A DNA stretch of 64,000 bases, taken from positions 52,328,001-52,392,000 of the forward strand of contig NC_043009.1 of NCBI RefSeq assembly GCF_006345805.1, given 5' to 3'. Made by a program: the position numbers and the translations under genes. The DNA is from Octopus sinensis (taxonomy: Eukaryota). Every line of letters begins with the position of its first letter. Within the stretch, counting starts at the first letter, position 1. Below are positions 14,486 through 26,855 of the stretch, one piece after another. The notes below the pieces were generated by a model that saw only the letters and a program-made list of their open reading frames with translations, did not search any database and was not told where the DNA came from.

Positions 14486-14884
14486 GTACATTGATCTATA
14501 AACGTTGATATACAAGGCGCATGTTTAGCTGTGTTGTAAAACGCTTGCCTCATGATTCCTTGAGGCATGTATGATTCCTTGGGCAAGTGTCTTCTACTAT
14601 AGCTTGTGGTCGACCAGAGCCTTGCTTGTGTGTACGTGTGAGAGGAGAGCGATAAAAAATTCGGTTGCAGGAAACTGAAAGAATCCCGTCACAAACACAC
14701 ACGCACACACATATAAAGATAATAATACCCACGCAAATATTTTAAAACGATATATTGAGAACAGTCACTACCTATGAACTTATTCAGAACAATGCCAATA
14801 AGTACAACTACAACCAGAACGGGTCACCTGACCATTTAAGATGATTCCACCAACATCCTACTACTGCCATACTACTCCCGCATT

Positions 14885-15071
14885 TTTCTTCTTCTTCTTC
14901 TCCTTCTTCTTCTTCTTCATCTATTTCTTCTTCTATTTCTCCTTCTTCTCCTTCTCCTCCTTTTTCTTCTTCTTCTTCTTCTTCTTCTTCTTCTTCTTCT
15001 TCTTCTATTTCTTCTCCTATTTCTTCTACTTCTTTTTCTTCTTCTTCTTCTATTTCTTCTTCTTCTTCTTC

Positions 15072-15115
<44 letters not shown>

Positions 15116-15167
15116 TTCTTCTTCTTCTTCTTCTCCCACTTCTTTTTCTTCTTCTATTTCTTTTCTT

Positions 15168-15198
<31 letters not shown>

Positions 15199-15232
15199 TT
15201 ATTATTATTATTATTATTATATTTCTTCTTCT
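14885..15232. repeat. (CTT)n/(ATT)n compound microsatellite
   Basis: Direct inspection. Confidence 0.95.
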
Positions 15233-15595
15233 TTCTCAACTACTACTGCTGCTTAAACAATCAAAAACAAGGATTCATATCAAATATTAGGTCTACTACT
15301 ACTACCTGTGGCCCACTACCTAGAACTCACAAGAGTAAAAAAGAGAGTCGGGGACAGACAGAAAAAAGGATTATGTCTCTTGCATTTGAAAGCTATGGAA
15401 ATATTTCTAGACGACTGAGAACAAAGGTTCACCAAAACAGAAGCGTTCTGTCTCTGTTCCTGGTACTACTGAAAGATTTAAGGATCCAACCTGTCACCCG
15501 CCTGCATAGTGCTGCCATTTGAGCAACGTTAGTTAGTTAGTTAGTTAATTTCGCTCAAAAGCAAATAGCAAGGCCATGTAGGGGACATGGAATGT

Positions 15596-15717
<122 letters not shown>

Positions 15718-15777
15718 GACAGACAGACAGAGACAGATATAGACAGACAGACAAATATTAAGACTACTACTACCTGC

Positions 15778-16191
15778 GATGAAAAGCAAACTCGACCTCG
15801 GAGGAATTTGAGCTCAGAACGTAAAAGACAGACGAAATACCTATTTCTTTACTACCCACAAGGAGCTACACACAGAGGGGACAAACAAGGACAGACAATC
15901 GGATTATATCGACCCCAGTGCGTAACTGGTACTTATTTAATCGACCCCGAAAGGATGAAAGGCAAAGTCGACCTCAACGGAATTTGAGCTCAGAATGTAA
16001 AGACAGACGAAATACCTATGTCTTTACTACCCACAAGGGGCTACACACAGAGGGGACAAACGAGGACAGACAAACGGATTATATCGACCCCAGTGCGTAA
16101 CTGGTACTTACTTAATCGAACCCGAAAGGATGAAAGGTAAAGTCGACCTAGGCGGAACTTGAACTCAGAACGTAACGGCAGACGAAATACG
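15778..16191 (-). mobile_element. Head-to-tail array of headless SINE family A units, period 175 bp
   Basis: gacgaaatac recurs at 15831, 16006 and 16181; each unit is body plus tail of the 14192-14423 SINE. Confidence 0.9.
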
Positions 16192-16439
16192 AATTTCTTT
16201 ATTGCCCACCGGGGGCCAAACATAGATATGGACAGTACAACTGATGGGATCAGTGAATCGATATGATTTTACATAAATGTGACATCAAAAATAAAATACA
16301 ATACATAAACATCGAATGGAATACACAGTACAAAAACAATACAAATGAAGCGATGATCAAGTTACGCTCCGATCCCACAAGCCCCGATCTACCGCTGATA
16401 CCTTTTTATTTTTCCTTTTTTTTTTTTTTCCTCGTCTAT

Positions 16440-19400
16440 TCACACGGTTCCTTGCACGCACAACACTTGTGCAACATACTTCCATCTCTTTTGGAACGTA
16501 CACTCTGACAGACACTCTTCTCCAGCCACAGTTTCCTTTTCAAATGAAAAGGAAAAAAAGGATCGTAAATTGTCACCAGAGATAAAGTTGCCTGTCTTAA
16601 TTCCTTTTATCCTAGTATTCCATACAGCCTCTTTTGCTATTGCTACAACCGTGAGAAAACAATTCTTACCTCGTTCGTTAGAACTCCCGGTGGGTCAATT
16701 TTTATAATTGACTCAGTCGACAGCCGTACTCTTCTTCGCCGGACAACAGATGTTCAGCATAAGCCCACATTTCAGTTATCTCCGGACACTGAACAATAGC
16801 GTGAGGGACGGTTTCCCTGTCCCCACGCTCTTGGACAGGTCGGCGACTGACGTTTACCATGTCTTGCGAGCTTATCCCAAACGGGCAAGGCACCTCTGTA
16901 GCATTGCCAGGTTAAGGACTTTTGGAAGTTGTCCAACGTTCTCAACCCGAATGTACGATGAAACAAGCTGTCCAGTTGAATAAATCCGAGACCTAGAGTC
17001 GACCCCAGGCCATCGTCGCATTCAGACTCTACCAACCCACTATATAAAATCCGTGTGGAACCCCAACCGCTGGCGTTGCCCGAGCGCCGGAACAGCAAGA
17101 GGGCCTTACGGCACTCTTTATGCCACTCACTCAACCTCGGTCTACGAGAACACCAGGCTTCCTGTTCGCAAAAACTCTTGAACTCAGGGAACATTTGTCT
17201 GGCCAGCGGAGACCACACCCGTTCACTATCCAGGAGAATCCAGAGGTGCCTCAACCTCAACGCATGTCTGCGCATCATTAACCAAGGCATCCCTAAACCT
17301 CCATTTAAAGGCTTTTGACAGCAGACAGAGCGTTTCACAAGTGGCGACCTGCCCTTCCACAAAAAGCGAAAGAGCTGTCTCTCCAACCTGATCAACCACG
17401 AATCCGGACAGGGCACGACAGTCAGGCGGTAGGTAATGACCGATGCGATAAACACATTGGCCACTTCCGCCCTCCCTTTCAGGGATAGCCACCGCCAAGA
17501 CCAAGTCTTGACTACTGCAGCACCCTGCTCAATACCTCCGTCTAGTTCTTCTCTATCTGGAGGCTGGTCCAAACCAGACTCCCAGCAACTTAACCGGTCC
17601 CTCCGTCCAGCGCCTAACAACACTGTCTGAAGGCATCGACTTGCCAACCCAGGTGCCGAGCTGCAAGCCGACCGACTTTTCCGGGTTAATCTTTGCTCCT
17701 GCACTACCTCCTCGTAAGCCTCAATAGTCTTACCTACTTCACGTAGGCGTACCACTGTGGTTACACTGATAGTGATATCATCCGCGAAAGCCGTAACAAA
17801 CTCCTCTAGTCCTGGTTCTCTCGGGATGCCACTCAACCTTTGCAGTAATGGCTCGAGAGCCATCACATACAAAAGTGGTGAAAGCGGACATCCTTGACGA
17901 ACCGAGCGTCTGATGCAGAACGGCTTCGAAAGGAAACCGTTCACCCGAACTATCGAGTCAATGTTGTGGTACAAAGATAATAAACCACCTGAGGAAGCCA
18001 AGGCCCAGGCCAAACCGCGCAAGTACAGTCGCTAGGTATCGATGGTCAACCCTATCAAAAGCTTTAGACTGGTCCAAATGCACCAATGCCCCACCTTTGC
18101 CAGATTTATTACCAAACCTCTCTATGGTATATAGCGAATAAGATGGAGGGTATCCTGAATGGTTCTGCCTGGGATGGCACATGTCTGTGCCTCCCCGACT
18201 ATACCATTCGCGACACGCGCCAACCTTTTTGCTAGAACCTTGGCCAAAATCTTCACTTCTGCGTTTAACAGAGTGATGGGCCTGAAATTCTCTAGAACGT
18301 CCCCCTTGTCCGGGTCCTTTCTGACCAACGTCACTACTCCCCGGCGCACAGATCTGGGGATAAACCCATTCTGTTTCCAGTTCGCGTACACGTCAGTCAG
18401 TAGTTGCCCGAACAAGTCTGGCATACATTTATACAGCTCGTACGGAAGACCATCAAGTCCCGGTGACTTACCCGCTTTACAATCAGCCAAAGCCTCCATC
18501 ACCTCCTCAAGTGTGATTGGCCCTTCGCAAGACTCCGCATCCGACCCCGAGAGGCACGGCAGCCCGGTAAGAAAGTCCTCGAGGGCTCTCCCACCACCAG
18601 GACCGCCGTCACCCCCGAACAGCTGGGCGAAGTACTCCCGAAAGACCTCACACATTTTCTCGGGTTCGTTATCAAGACACCATTTTGATTCGTCAAAGAC
18701 CGAATAGAGGAACTATTTCCTTGCCGAGCTTCCACCACTCGGGCCCATCCAGCGGCTTTGATTCCTTCACTTCCCATTGCACGTAACTTAGCTCTGGTAA
18801 TACTTCCCATGTGGTGGGCTTCAAGATGCTGGTTTAACTCCAGTCTTTTCACCCTCGCTTGGTCTGTATTACCAGTCCTCCAGGCTTCTTCTAGTTCTTA
18901 ACTAGACCATCTCCTATTTTACGTCCCTTCTTAGCTAAACTTATGCTAAACCTAATAGACTCATATTTGATGGCTCTTTTAGGGCGTACCACCATTTGTT
19001 ATTAATGATGGTACCTGTTAATGCCCTCTGTATTAACATCTTGATCCGCTTTCTGTACTCCTCAATCGCCAAAAGGGACGTATTGAGTTTCCAGTAGCCA
19101 GATCCCTGTCTATGCAACTTATCTACCGTCAGTTTACAGGTAACCATCTTGTGGTCACTGTAGCTGACTAGAAAAAACTGTGGACACTCAACTATGGACT
19201 TATCTTTTTCTCTAATTAAAATCCTATCTAGATATGTTCTGGTAGACCCGTCACTATTTGACCACGTCCACTGTGGAGTGTTCGGGTGCTCCAACCTATA
19301 TGGATCTGCTAGCTGAAATTGACTTAGCAGATCCCGAAAGCCTGTGTTACATTTTCTGTTCATGTTCGAGTTTGAGCCAACATAATCTGTGTGTGCTGCA

Positions 19401-19835
19401 CATATGTATTAGAGTCTCCTAACACTACTAGTGAATGCGACGTGGCTAGGAACTTTCCTAGGCCACGAAAATATTCAGTTTGCGGGCCAATAATGTTTGT
19501 GCATAAATAGCGACCAGCCTGATTGTCTTGCCACAACTGAATGTCAAATCGAGAACGACCAGCCTGCCTTCTGGGTCAGAAAAAACCAACTTTTTCTCGG
19601 CTACCCGGTTTCTTTTTAGTAGGACCAACACCCCACCCCCACCTCCCGCCCGACTCGGAGAAACGTATTTCTCGTAGCCGTTCAGGAGGGGGAGCAGATC
19701 TCTTGGCCCCTTCACCCGGGTTTCCGTTGCAACAATTACATCCAAATTTCTCGACCTGATGTCATTCAGAAAGCGTCCTTGCTTCCAGCTTGACAACAGG
19801 CCATGAACATTTAAACAACCAATGTGAATAGCCAT
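16440..19835 (-). pseudogene. LINE ORF2: APE endonuclease, reverse transcriptase and C-terminal Cys/His domain (frameshifted in this sequence)
   Basis: IGCLNVHGL, VIVATET, LVAIYA, TYLDRIL, SDHKMV, GYWKLN (endonuclease). KSPGLDGLPYELY, FRPITLLNAEVKILAK, LDQSKAFDRVDH, VRQGCPLSPLLY, AFADD (RT). CPR...ETVPHAIVQC (C-terminal). Split over several frames. Confidence 0.92.
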
Positions 19836-19849
19836 CACTTACCTGTTTA

Positions 19850-21364
19850 ATTAGGATTGTCCGGTGGAGGGGGACCCTCCACCTTTTTTTTATCCAGGGT
19901 CGGAGGTGGACGGTCTTGGGAAATAGATTTGTCAAAATCCCGTCTCACCACCGACACAGAATTATCAGGTGGAGGGGGAATCTCCACCTTTTCCTTTTCT
20001 CGCGGGATCGGAGCTGGTAATCCATGAAATATCGACTTGTTAAAATCTAATCTCAATGAAGATACAGTCTTTCTGTACTTATTTTGTAGAATTCTATAAG
20101 TATTTGAGACTTCATATATGTCGTAATTGATAAATTCCTCTGAAAGGTATCAATTTTTTTACAGTCTTTATGAGTGAATGTCTCTCATGAGCTCAGTATC
20201 TTTAGTGTATACGGCTATTATGCCTTTTTCTTCTTTTTCTCTCTGGCAGTCTTTTTTGGTCGTTGTTCTGTAGTAGTCGCCGCTCTCGGCTGGTTGCTGG
20301 TTGTATTTTTCTTTTGTTTGTTGTTTTTCTCATCTGTTTCTTCTTTATCTTCTTCCTCTTTGTCTTTTTCTCCTCTTACTCCTCTTCTTCATTTTCCTTG
20401 CAGTTCCTTCGAATGTGGCCTAATTGACCACATAAAAAACATCGAGGTTTTCGGCCCTCAACAAATACCACGAGGTTCTCCTCCCCTACCTCAATTGTCT
20501 CAGGAATTGTTTGAATTATTTTAGGGTCCGCTTGAATGAGAAGATTAATTGTTTTACCATCCCAGCGTGGGTTTTCCGTAGCGGTATCCTGGAGGAGAGT
20601 AATTTTTTCTACCTCTTTGATTAGGACTGCCGCCAACAACCACATAGGTTCGACCTCTGGCGGGACCCTTGTAATTTTTATTCGCGACGTCCTCATCCCC
20701 ATATAATAGGGTATTAACTCCACGTCGTTCGTTTTCAACGTTTCCACTGAGTTCTTGTGTGTCTATTTTTTATTGGTGAACCTTACTTCCACCGTTCCGA
20801 ATTTTTTCCTCTTCTCAGAAATACTACGTCACCCAATATTGGCTTCAAGCACTTTTCTATTTTCTCTTCTGACATTCTTTCAATTTTTCTTTTTGTAGAC
20901 AATATGTTTTGAAATTATTGTTTTTTGCTTTTCTTCCTGTAATAACTTTTGCGGAGGTTCAATTTTCACACTGTTGTCATTTATTTCCATCATTTTGCTG
21001 TATTTCATAATTTCGCTTTTATTCGTCGACAGTATCTGGGGTCCACCCCCAGCAGCCAACGCAAAACTTTTTTTTTTCCATTTTTTGGTTCTATCTGGAT
21101 GCTAGGCACATCAATTATTCTCTTCGACACAATGCCTTTGTTCTCTGGCAAAGTCGGAAACTCTTCTGGTGAAAGCTCTGACGAGCTCTCAGACACCATC
21201 TCCAAAAATATCAAATATATTATCCTCTCTGCTATTCCTTCTTGTAGCGGGGGAAACCCTATTTCCTTGTCTGTAGTTGGCTCCTCGCCGGACATGTATT
21301 TCCTCCTCTCAACAGGAGAAACAAGTATTTCTGCTCCAACGGTAGGCTCCATGCTAGACGACAT
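19850..21364 (-). pseudogene. LINE ORF1, gag-like protein with CCHC zinc knuckle (frameshifted)
   Basis: ATG at 21364; VFVEGRKPRCFLCGQLGHIRRNC (CX2CX4HX4C), typical of Tx1-type ORF1; charged then Pro-rich C-terminal region. End point uncertain. Confidence 0.8.
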
Positions 21365-21533
21365 TCTTCCCCCCAAAGGGGGAATGAACAACGCGTGCTA
21401 CCACAAGCACTAAGTGTTTTCAATTGAAAACTCCAACAGTTAAGTTATTCAACAGTTTAACAAGAAACAACAGTTGTTAACAATATTAACACCACGAAAC
21501 AGCAATTCTTACTTCACGAACACATGTGCGGCT

Positions 21534-21591
21534 GACGAAATACGGCTACGCATTTCGCCCGGCGTGCTAACGTTTCTGCCAGCTCGCCGCC
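21534..21591 (-). mobile_element. 5' head (A-box part) of the SINE interrupted by the Tx1 element
   Basis: Reverse complement ggcggcgagctggcagaaacgttagcacgccgggcgaaatgcgtagccgtatttcgtc matches 14192-14249. Confidence 0.9.
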
Positions 21592-21739
21592 GTAGATGGA
21601 AATAATAATGTTTACATCTGATGCGTTAAAAATAAATGCTACACACCTTCTTTCATTGAATCGAACGATAGGGTTTCAAATGACGGAAAAGGTTACCAGC
21701 GATATAGCAGCAAAAAGTTAAAATGCCTTAGAACGTTAT

Positions 21740-22560
21740 TAGGTACCAAAACATACAGACTGGAGAATTCCAAAGTACATTCGAGGCAGGGCCATGAAAA
21801 TTTCTAGAAATTTCTAATCTGGCATTGTTAAGTGTGGTGTGTTGCTGAATCGTAACAAACTCTATGTGTATGTAACTGCCGTTGGCCGGGCCTGTCCAAG
21901 GTGCACGAACATCGATGAGACAGTTCTGCACGCATTCATTCAGTGTCCAATCATTGCTGACTTATACAGTTATATCAAAGAGTAATGAATCCGACTAACC
22001 GACAATTTTGTGACATTTTTGTATGGAATATAATATACAATTGGCTTAATTAAATTTTTGGTAGGGGCGGTAGCCGGAAAGACATTAAACTATCACAGTT
22101 CTGGTGGCTCTAACGAAAGATGAGTGATGGGACTTAAAGGGATGAAGATAGGCAACTTGTTGCTTATTAAAGCCTTCATTAAAGCCCTCATTAAGTATTT
22201 CAAGTCACACTTGTAGTGAACAGTGTGAGAGAAGAGCGAAGTGCTACCTTCGAGTAAATTTGTGGAACGGTAGAAGTGGGCGGTAAGGATGATCTGAGTG
22301 GGCGGGCCTGGAATGCGAACTCACCTGCAACTTCAGTGGAGACGATAAAGAAGTGGCAGTTGCACCAGTGGTCAGAATTACGACAGTGTTGCGGGTTACC
22401 CAAGTGCAGCGTTGGGACGTTTCCCCAATTTTGGGAAATTATGTCTTGTTTAGATTATGTGTTTCTGTTATTTTGAAAACCCACATTGAACTGTATTTTA
22501 TTTTATTGTATCGTATTGTCCTGTACCGTCCTTGAGCTTTCTGTAAATCCTTAGTGTAAG
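21740..22560 (+). mobile_element. Older degenerate Tx1-related LINE 3' fragment
   Basis: GRACPRCTNIDETVLHAFIQCPIIADLYSYI is homologous to CPR...ETVPHAIVQCPEITEMWAYA of the neighbouring element; T-rich 3' UTR. Confidence 0.7.
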
Positions 22561-22983
22561 AAACATGATTATTATAATTACTATTGTTGCTGTTGTTGTT
22601 TTTATTGTCATTCATATTCTTTTTTATTATCATCATTATCATCATCATCATCATCATCAACACCAACGATAACAACAAAAAGCACCTCATATTTGTTATT
22701 GTTATTGCTCGAATAGAAAGTTCTATTCTGTTCCCAGATTTAAGTCAGGCATCAATATTCCCTATCCAGTTTATTTCAATATTACTGATAACTTGATTAA
22801 CATAATATTTGATAAGGAATAGTTTAAGCAGTTCACTTTATATATCGAACCGCTGCATGAAGTATTGATCATGCGCAAACTTAAGTCAATATGTATGTGT
22901 GTGCGTGTGTGTGCGTATTTGTGTATTAATGTATGTATTTATGGATAAATACATATGTATATTTGTATGTAAGAGTGTATATC

Positions 22984-23024
<41 letters not shown>

Positions 23025-23040
23025 TGTGAGTGTGTGTGTG

Positions 23041-23086
<46 letters not shown>

Positions 23087-23412
23087 TGTGCATGTGCGTT
23101 TTGTGTGGGCGTGTGTATTTTTGCATGCATTACTATTATTTTCCGCTCTGCTCTGCTCTCCAGAGAAATTATTACATATTTCTGATGATAAGAAGAGATA
23201 AATATAAATAAAAGTGAACGTGAATATGAACAAAAATAATTTACTTCTAAATGCACACACGTATGCATACATACATATATATATATATATGCATATTATG
23301 TATATGTGCATACATGCATGTATGTATACACATGCACTCAGACGCGCAACCAAATGTACATAAATATATTCTCATATACATATATATATATGTGAAACTA
23401 ATGTAGAGATAT

Positions 23413-23456
23413 AAAACAGTACTAGTCCTGTAGAAGCTCCTTCTATAAAATAAATA
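23413..23456 (+). mobile_element. Short fragment of the 11029-type hammerhead element (3' half of the motif)
   Basis: aaaacagtactagtcctgtagaagctccttctataaaataaat closely matches 11119-11160. Confidence 0.7.
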
Positions 23457-23580
23457 TATTTGTATATATATATATATGTACATACGTACATATGTATGCA
23501 TGTATGTACGTATATATATATATATATATATATATATGTTTATGGGTATAAGTGTGTGTATTTGTATATGTAAATGTATG

Positions 23581-23615
<35 letters not shown>

Positions 23616-24040
23616 GTTTAAGTGTGGGTATGTATATATATATATATCTGTGTGCTCACATGTAAATATCTTTACCTCTCGCTCCATCATTCTCTCTCTC
23701 CTGCTTTCTCTCCTCCCTTTTATCTGCCCCCTTTCTCTCTTTCTCTGTGCGTATATAAATGCATATGATAAAACAGACATAAGTACACTTTTGTAATTAT
23801 TTAATATTATAGAGAAAGTACTGCAATACAATGTATGCAGCATTAATATGTTTCATAGAACACAGGAATATATCAACTGCTTTATCAATATATCGCTTAC
23901 AGGTCAGTGACAGTTTTATCTATTTCATCAATGCGTTCCTCTATCCCTTTACTCTGAACTCCCTTTCTATCGGTTTCACACTCTCTCACTCTATCTACCC
24001 CTATCTCTCTCTCACTCTTTCTTGGTGTGTATGCATATAA

Positions 24041-24074
<34 letters not shown>

Positions 24075-24230
24075 TTGTGCGTGTGTGTATACACGTATGA
24101 GCATATATCATGATAATACACCCCCACACACATATATATATATATGTATATATATCATGTTATTGATAACGCAATATACATATGCATTTACATACATATA
24201 CTTATACATGTATACTTATGTACGTACATA

Positions 24231-24294
<64 letters not shown>

Positions 24295-24477
24295 GGTGTG
24301 TCCTTCTTTTACCTATTACTTTACTGAAATATTCTTTCGTCTCCTCCATTATACATTCATCAATTCACTATATATGTGTGTATGTGTGTATGTGTGTGTA
24401 CCTGAACATTTGCGTGCGTGTATTTATGTTACGTATATATGTATGTGTGCATATATATATATATACATATATATGTA

Positions 24478-24513
<36 letters not shown>

Positions 24514-24807
24514 TTTATGTATGTATGTGCTTTTGTGTATTTCTTACTTCATATTTTAGTTTACTCGTTCTGTTATTTCTTTATTTTTCTATTTTACTCT
24601 TTTGCTTCTTACAATTTAATGTCAAAAGCCTTTGTAGTTCACGAGTTGTTTTCTCCATCTCACAGTTCCATGTTCGATCCTTCTGATAGATATAAACGAA
24701 TATATCTCTTTCCCTTGTTTCTGGCTGGACAATATTTTGTTAGCTGAACTTTCTTTCAACGGACACTGCAGCACACCAGCGCACGCATAATCACATGCAT
24801 ACACACA

Positions 24808-24852
<45 letters not shown>

Positions 24853-24953
24853 CTACATGTACATATATACATACATACATGCATACATATATATACATAT
24901 ATATGTATATATGTGTATATATATATATAATATATATATATATACTATATATA

Positions 24954-24997
<44 letters not shown>

Positions 24998-25030
24998 CTG
25001 TGTGTGTGTGTGCACACACACTCACGTGAA

Positions 25031-25182
25031 GGCGTAATGGCCTAGTGGTTAGGGCAGCGGACTCGCGGTCGTAGGATCGCGGTTTCGATATCCCAGACCG
25101 GGCGTTGTGAGTGTTTATTGAGCGAAAACACCTAAAATCTCCACGAGGCTCCGGCAGGGGGTCATGATCCCTGCTGTACTCT
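25031..25182 (+). mobile_element. tRNA-derived SINE family C, 5' part
   Basis: A box tggcctagtgg, B-box-like ggtttcgatatccc; matches 37338-37520 and 40338-40715. Confidence 0.85.
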
Positions 25183-25609
25183 TTTATATATGCACACATA
25201 GATATATACGTAACATAAGATATATATATTATATATATTAGGTCACTTTAGTTCATATGTGTCACCCAGTTTTTTTTGTTCAAATTTACGTACAACTGAA
25301 CAAAACATCCAATTCAAGGATGTCTCGCAATTGCTATAAGACTATAGACACGCTATGATATTCATATCACTTTACACACAATTCTATGCTTGTGTAATTT
25401 ATTTACTTACTCTAACAGTTTATATTTTTCCCAGTTTATATTTTCTCCCAAAACATTCAGTTATTACACGCTATCATTTGCTATAGTAATAAAGTTTTGC
25501 TATATGCTTCTCTTATACAACACTCAATGTTTTATTCTTTCTAATGCTCCGATGTAACAGTTTGTAAAGTTTCCTTTTACAAATAAATAAAATGTATCAC
25601 TCTACCTAA

Positions 25610-25905
25610 AGGCGTGTGGCTTTGTGGTTAGGTTTTACGTCTCACGAATGTAATGTCGTGAGTTTGATTCCCGGCGACATCCTGTGTCCTTGAGCAAGAT
25701 AGTTTATTTCACGTTACTCCAGTCCACTCAGCTGACAAAAATGAGTAGTACCTGTATTTGAAAAGGGCCAGCCTTGTCCCACTTTGTGTTACACTGAATC
25801 TCCATGAGAACTACATTAAGGATACACGTGTTTGAGATGTGCTCAACCAATTTCATGAGCAGACTCCCCTTGATCGGATCAACAGAAACTCTTGTCGTCG
25901 TAACT
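25610..25905 (+). mobile_element. tRNA-derived SINE family D
   Basis: Head ggcgtgtggctttgtggttagg...gagtttgattccc; 3' half homologous to the tail of the family C copy at 40338-40520. Confidence 0.7.
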
Positions 25906-26423
25906 GTGCAAGTTTCGTTTTGTATATCGCTTTACATTCATTATAAATTATTCTCTTTCTTACCCCTATTTACACTAACATGTTTAAAACTATCTATTGC
26001 TCACCGTGTACCAAGTGACGATATATAAACAGCTAAATATGTACGCGTGTTCTTTGCGTTTTTCAACCAAATTTGCTCCCTTCAATCTAAAGAGTACAAC
26101 GTACAAGTACCTTATCGAAAGGTTGTTACACAATTTTTAGATGAATGAAGATTTGAAGAAAATTAAAATAGCATATATACAGTTAGAGAAAATAAAATCT
26201 CACCCGGAAAACAATTTGGGATTACGAATAAAGAAATTAACCTCAAGCGGCTAAGATCTCGAACCATTCGAAACAAATCTTTTCGAATTGTGGAAAAGGA
26301 TGTACGTATCACTTTTCAAAAAAATATTTTAATGAACGATGTTACCTGACGAGAATATTAATCGACATGACACAATATGTTTTATGTTGACAGAAGCACG
26401 TTCACCGATTATTATGCAATAAC

Positions 26424-26855
26424 CTTTACTCTTTTACTCTTTTACTTGTTTCAGTCATTTGACTGCGGCCATGCTGGAGCACCGCCTTAAGTGGAGCAAA
26501 TCGACCACGGGACTTATTCTTTGTAAGCCCAGTACTTATTCTATCGGTCTCTTTTGCCGAACCGCTAAGTGACGGGGACGTAAACACACCAGCATCGGTT
26601 GTCAAGCAATGCTAGGGGGACAAACACAGACACACAAACCCACAAACACACAAACCCACAAACACACATATATATATATATATACATATATACGACAGGC
26701 TTCTTTCAGTTTCCGTCTACCAAATCCACTCACAAGGCATTGGTTGGCCCGGGGCTATAGTAGAAGAGACTTGCCCAAGATGCCACGCAGTGGGACTGAA
26801 CCCGGAACCATGTGGTTGGTTAGCAAGCTACTTACCACACAGCCACTCCTGCACC
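26424..26855 (-). mobile_element. SINE family B, full length
   Basis: Reverse-strand homolog of 13184-13554 and 52410-52838. Confidence 0.88.

Larger units (their letters stand above)
16192..21533 (-). mobile_element. Full-length Tx1/L1-clade non-LTR retrotransposon with 11-bp TSD
   Basis: GACGAAATACG at 16181-16191 and 21534-21544. Removing the insert restores the SINE sequence seen intact at 14192-14290. Two-ORF organisation; 3' end with AATAAA and no poly(A). Confidence 0.92.

Noticed and set aside
15778-16191. Regularly spaced repeats superficially like a CRISPR array
   Set aside because: Whole 175-bp units are homologous (no unique spacers), the context is eukaryotic and there are no cas genes
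18159-21413. Plus-strand ORFs overlapping the LINE
   Set aside because: Antisense shadows of the coding strand with no motifs of their own
25031-25100. tRNA-like sequence
   Set aside because: Continues into a multi-copy SINE body and lacks a proper acceptor stem; a SINE head, not a tRNA gene
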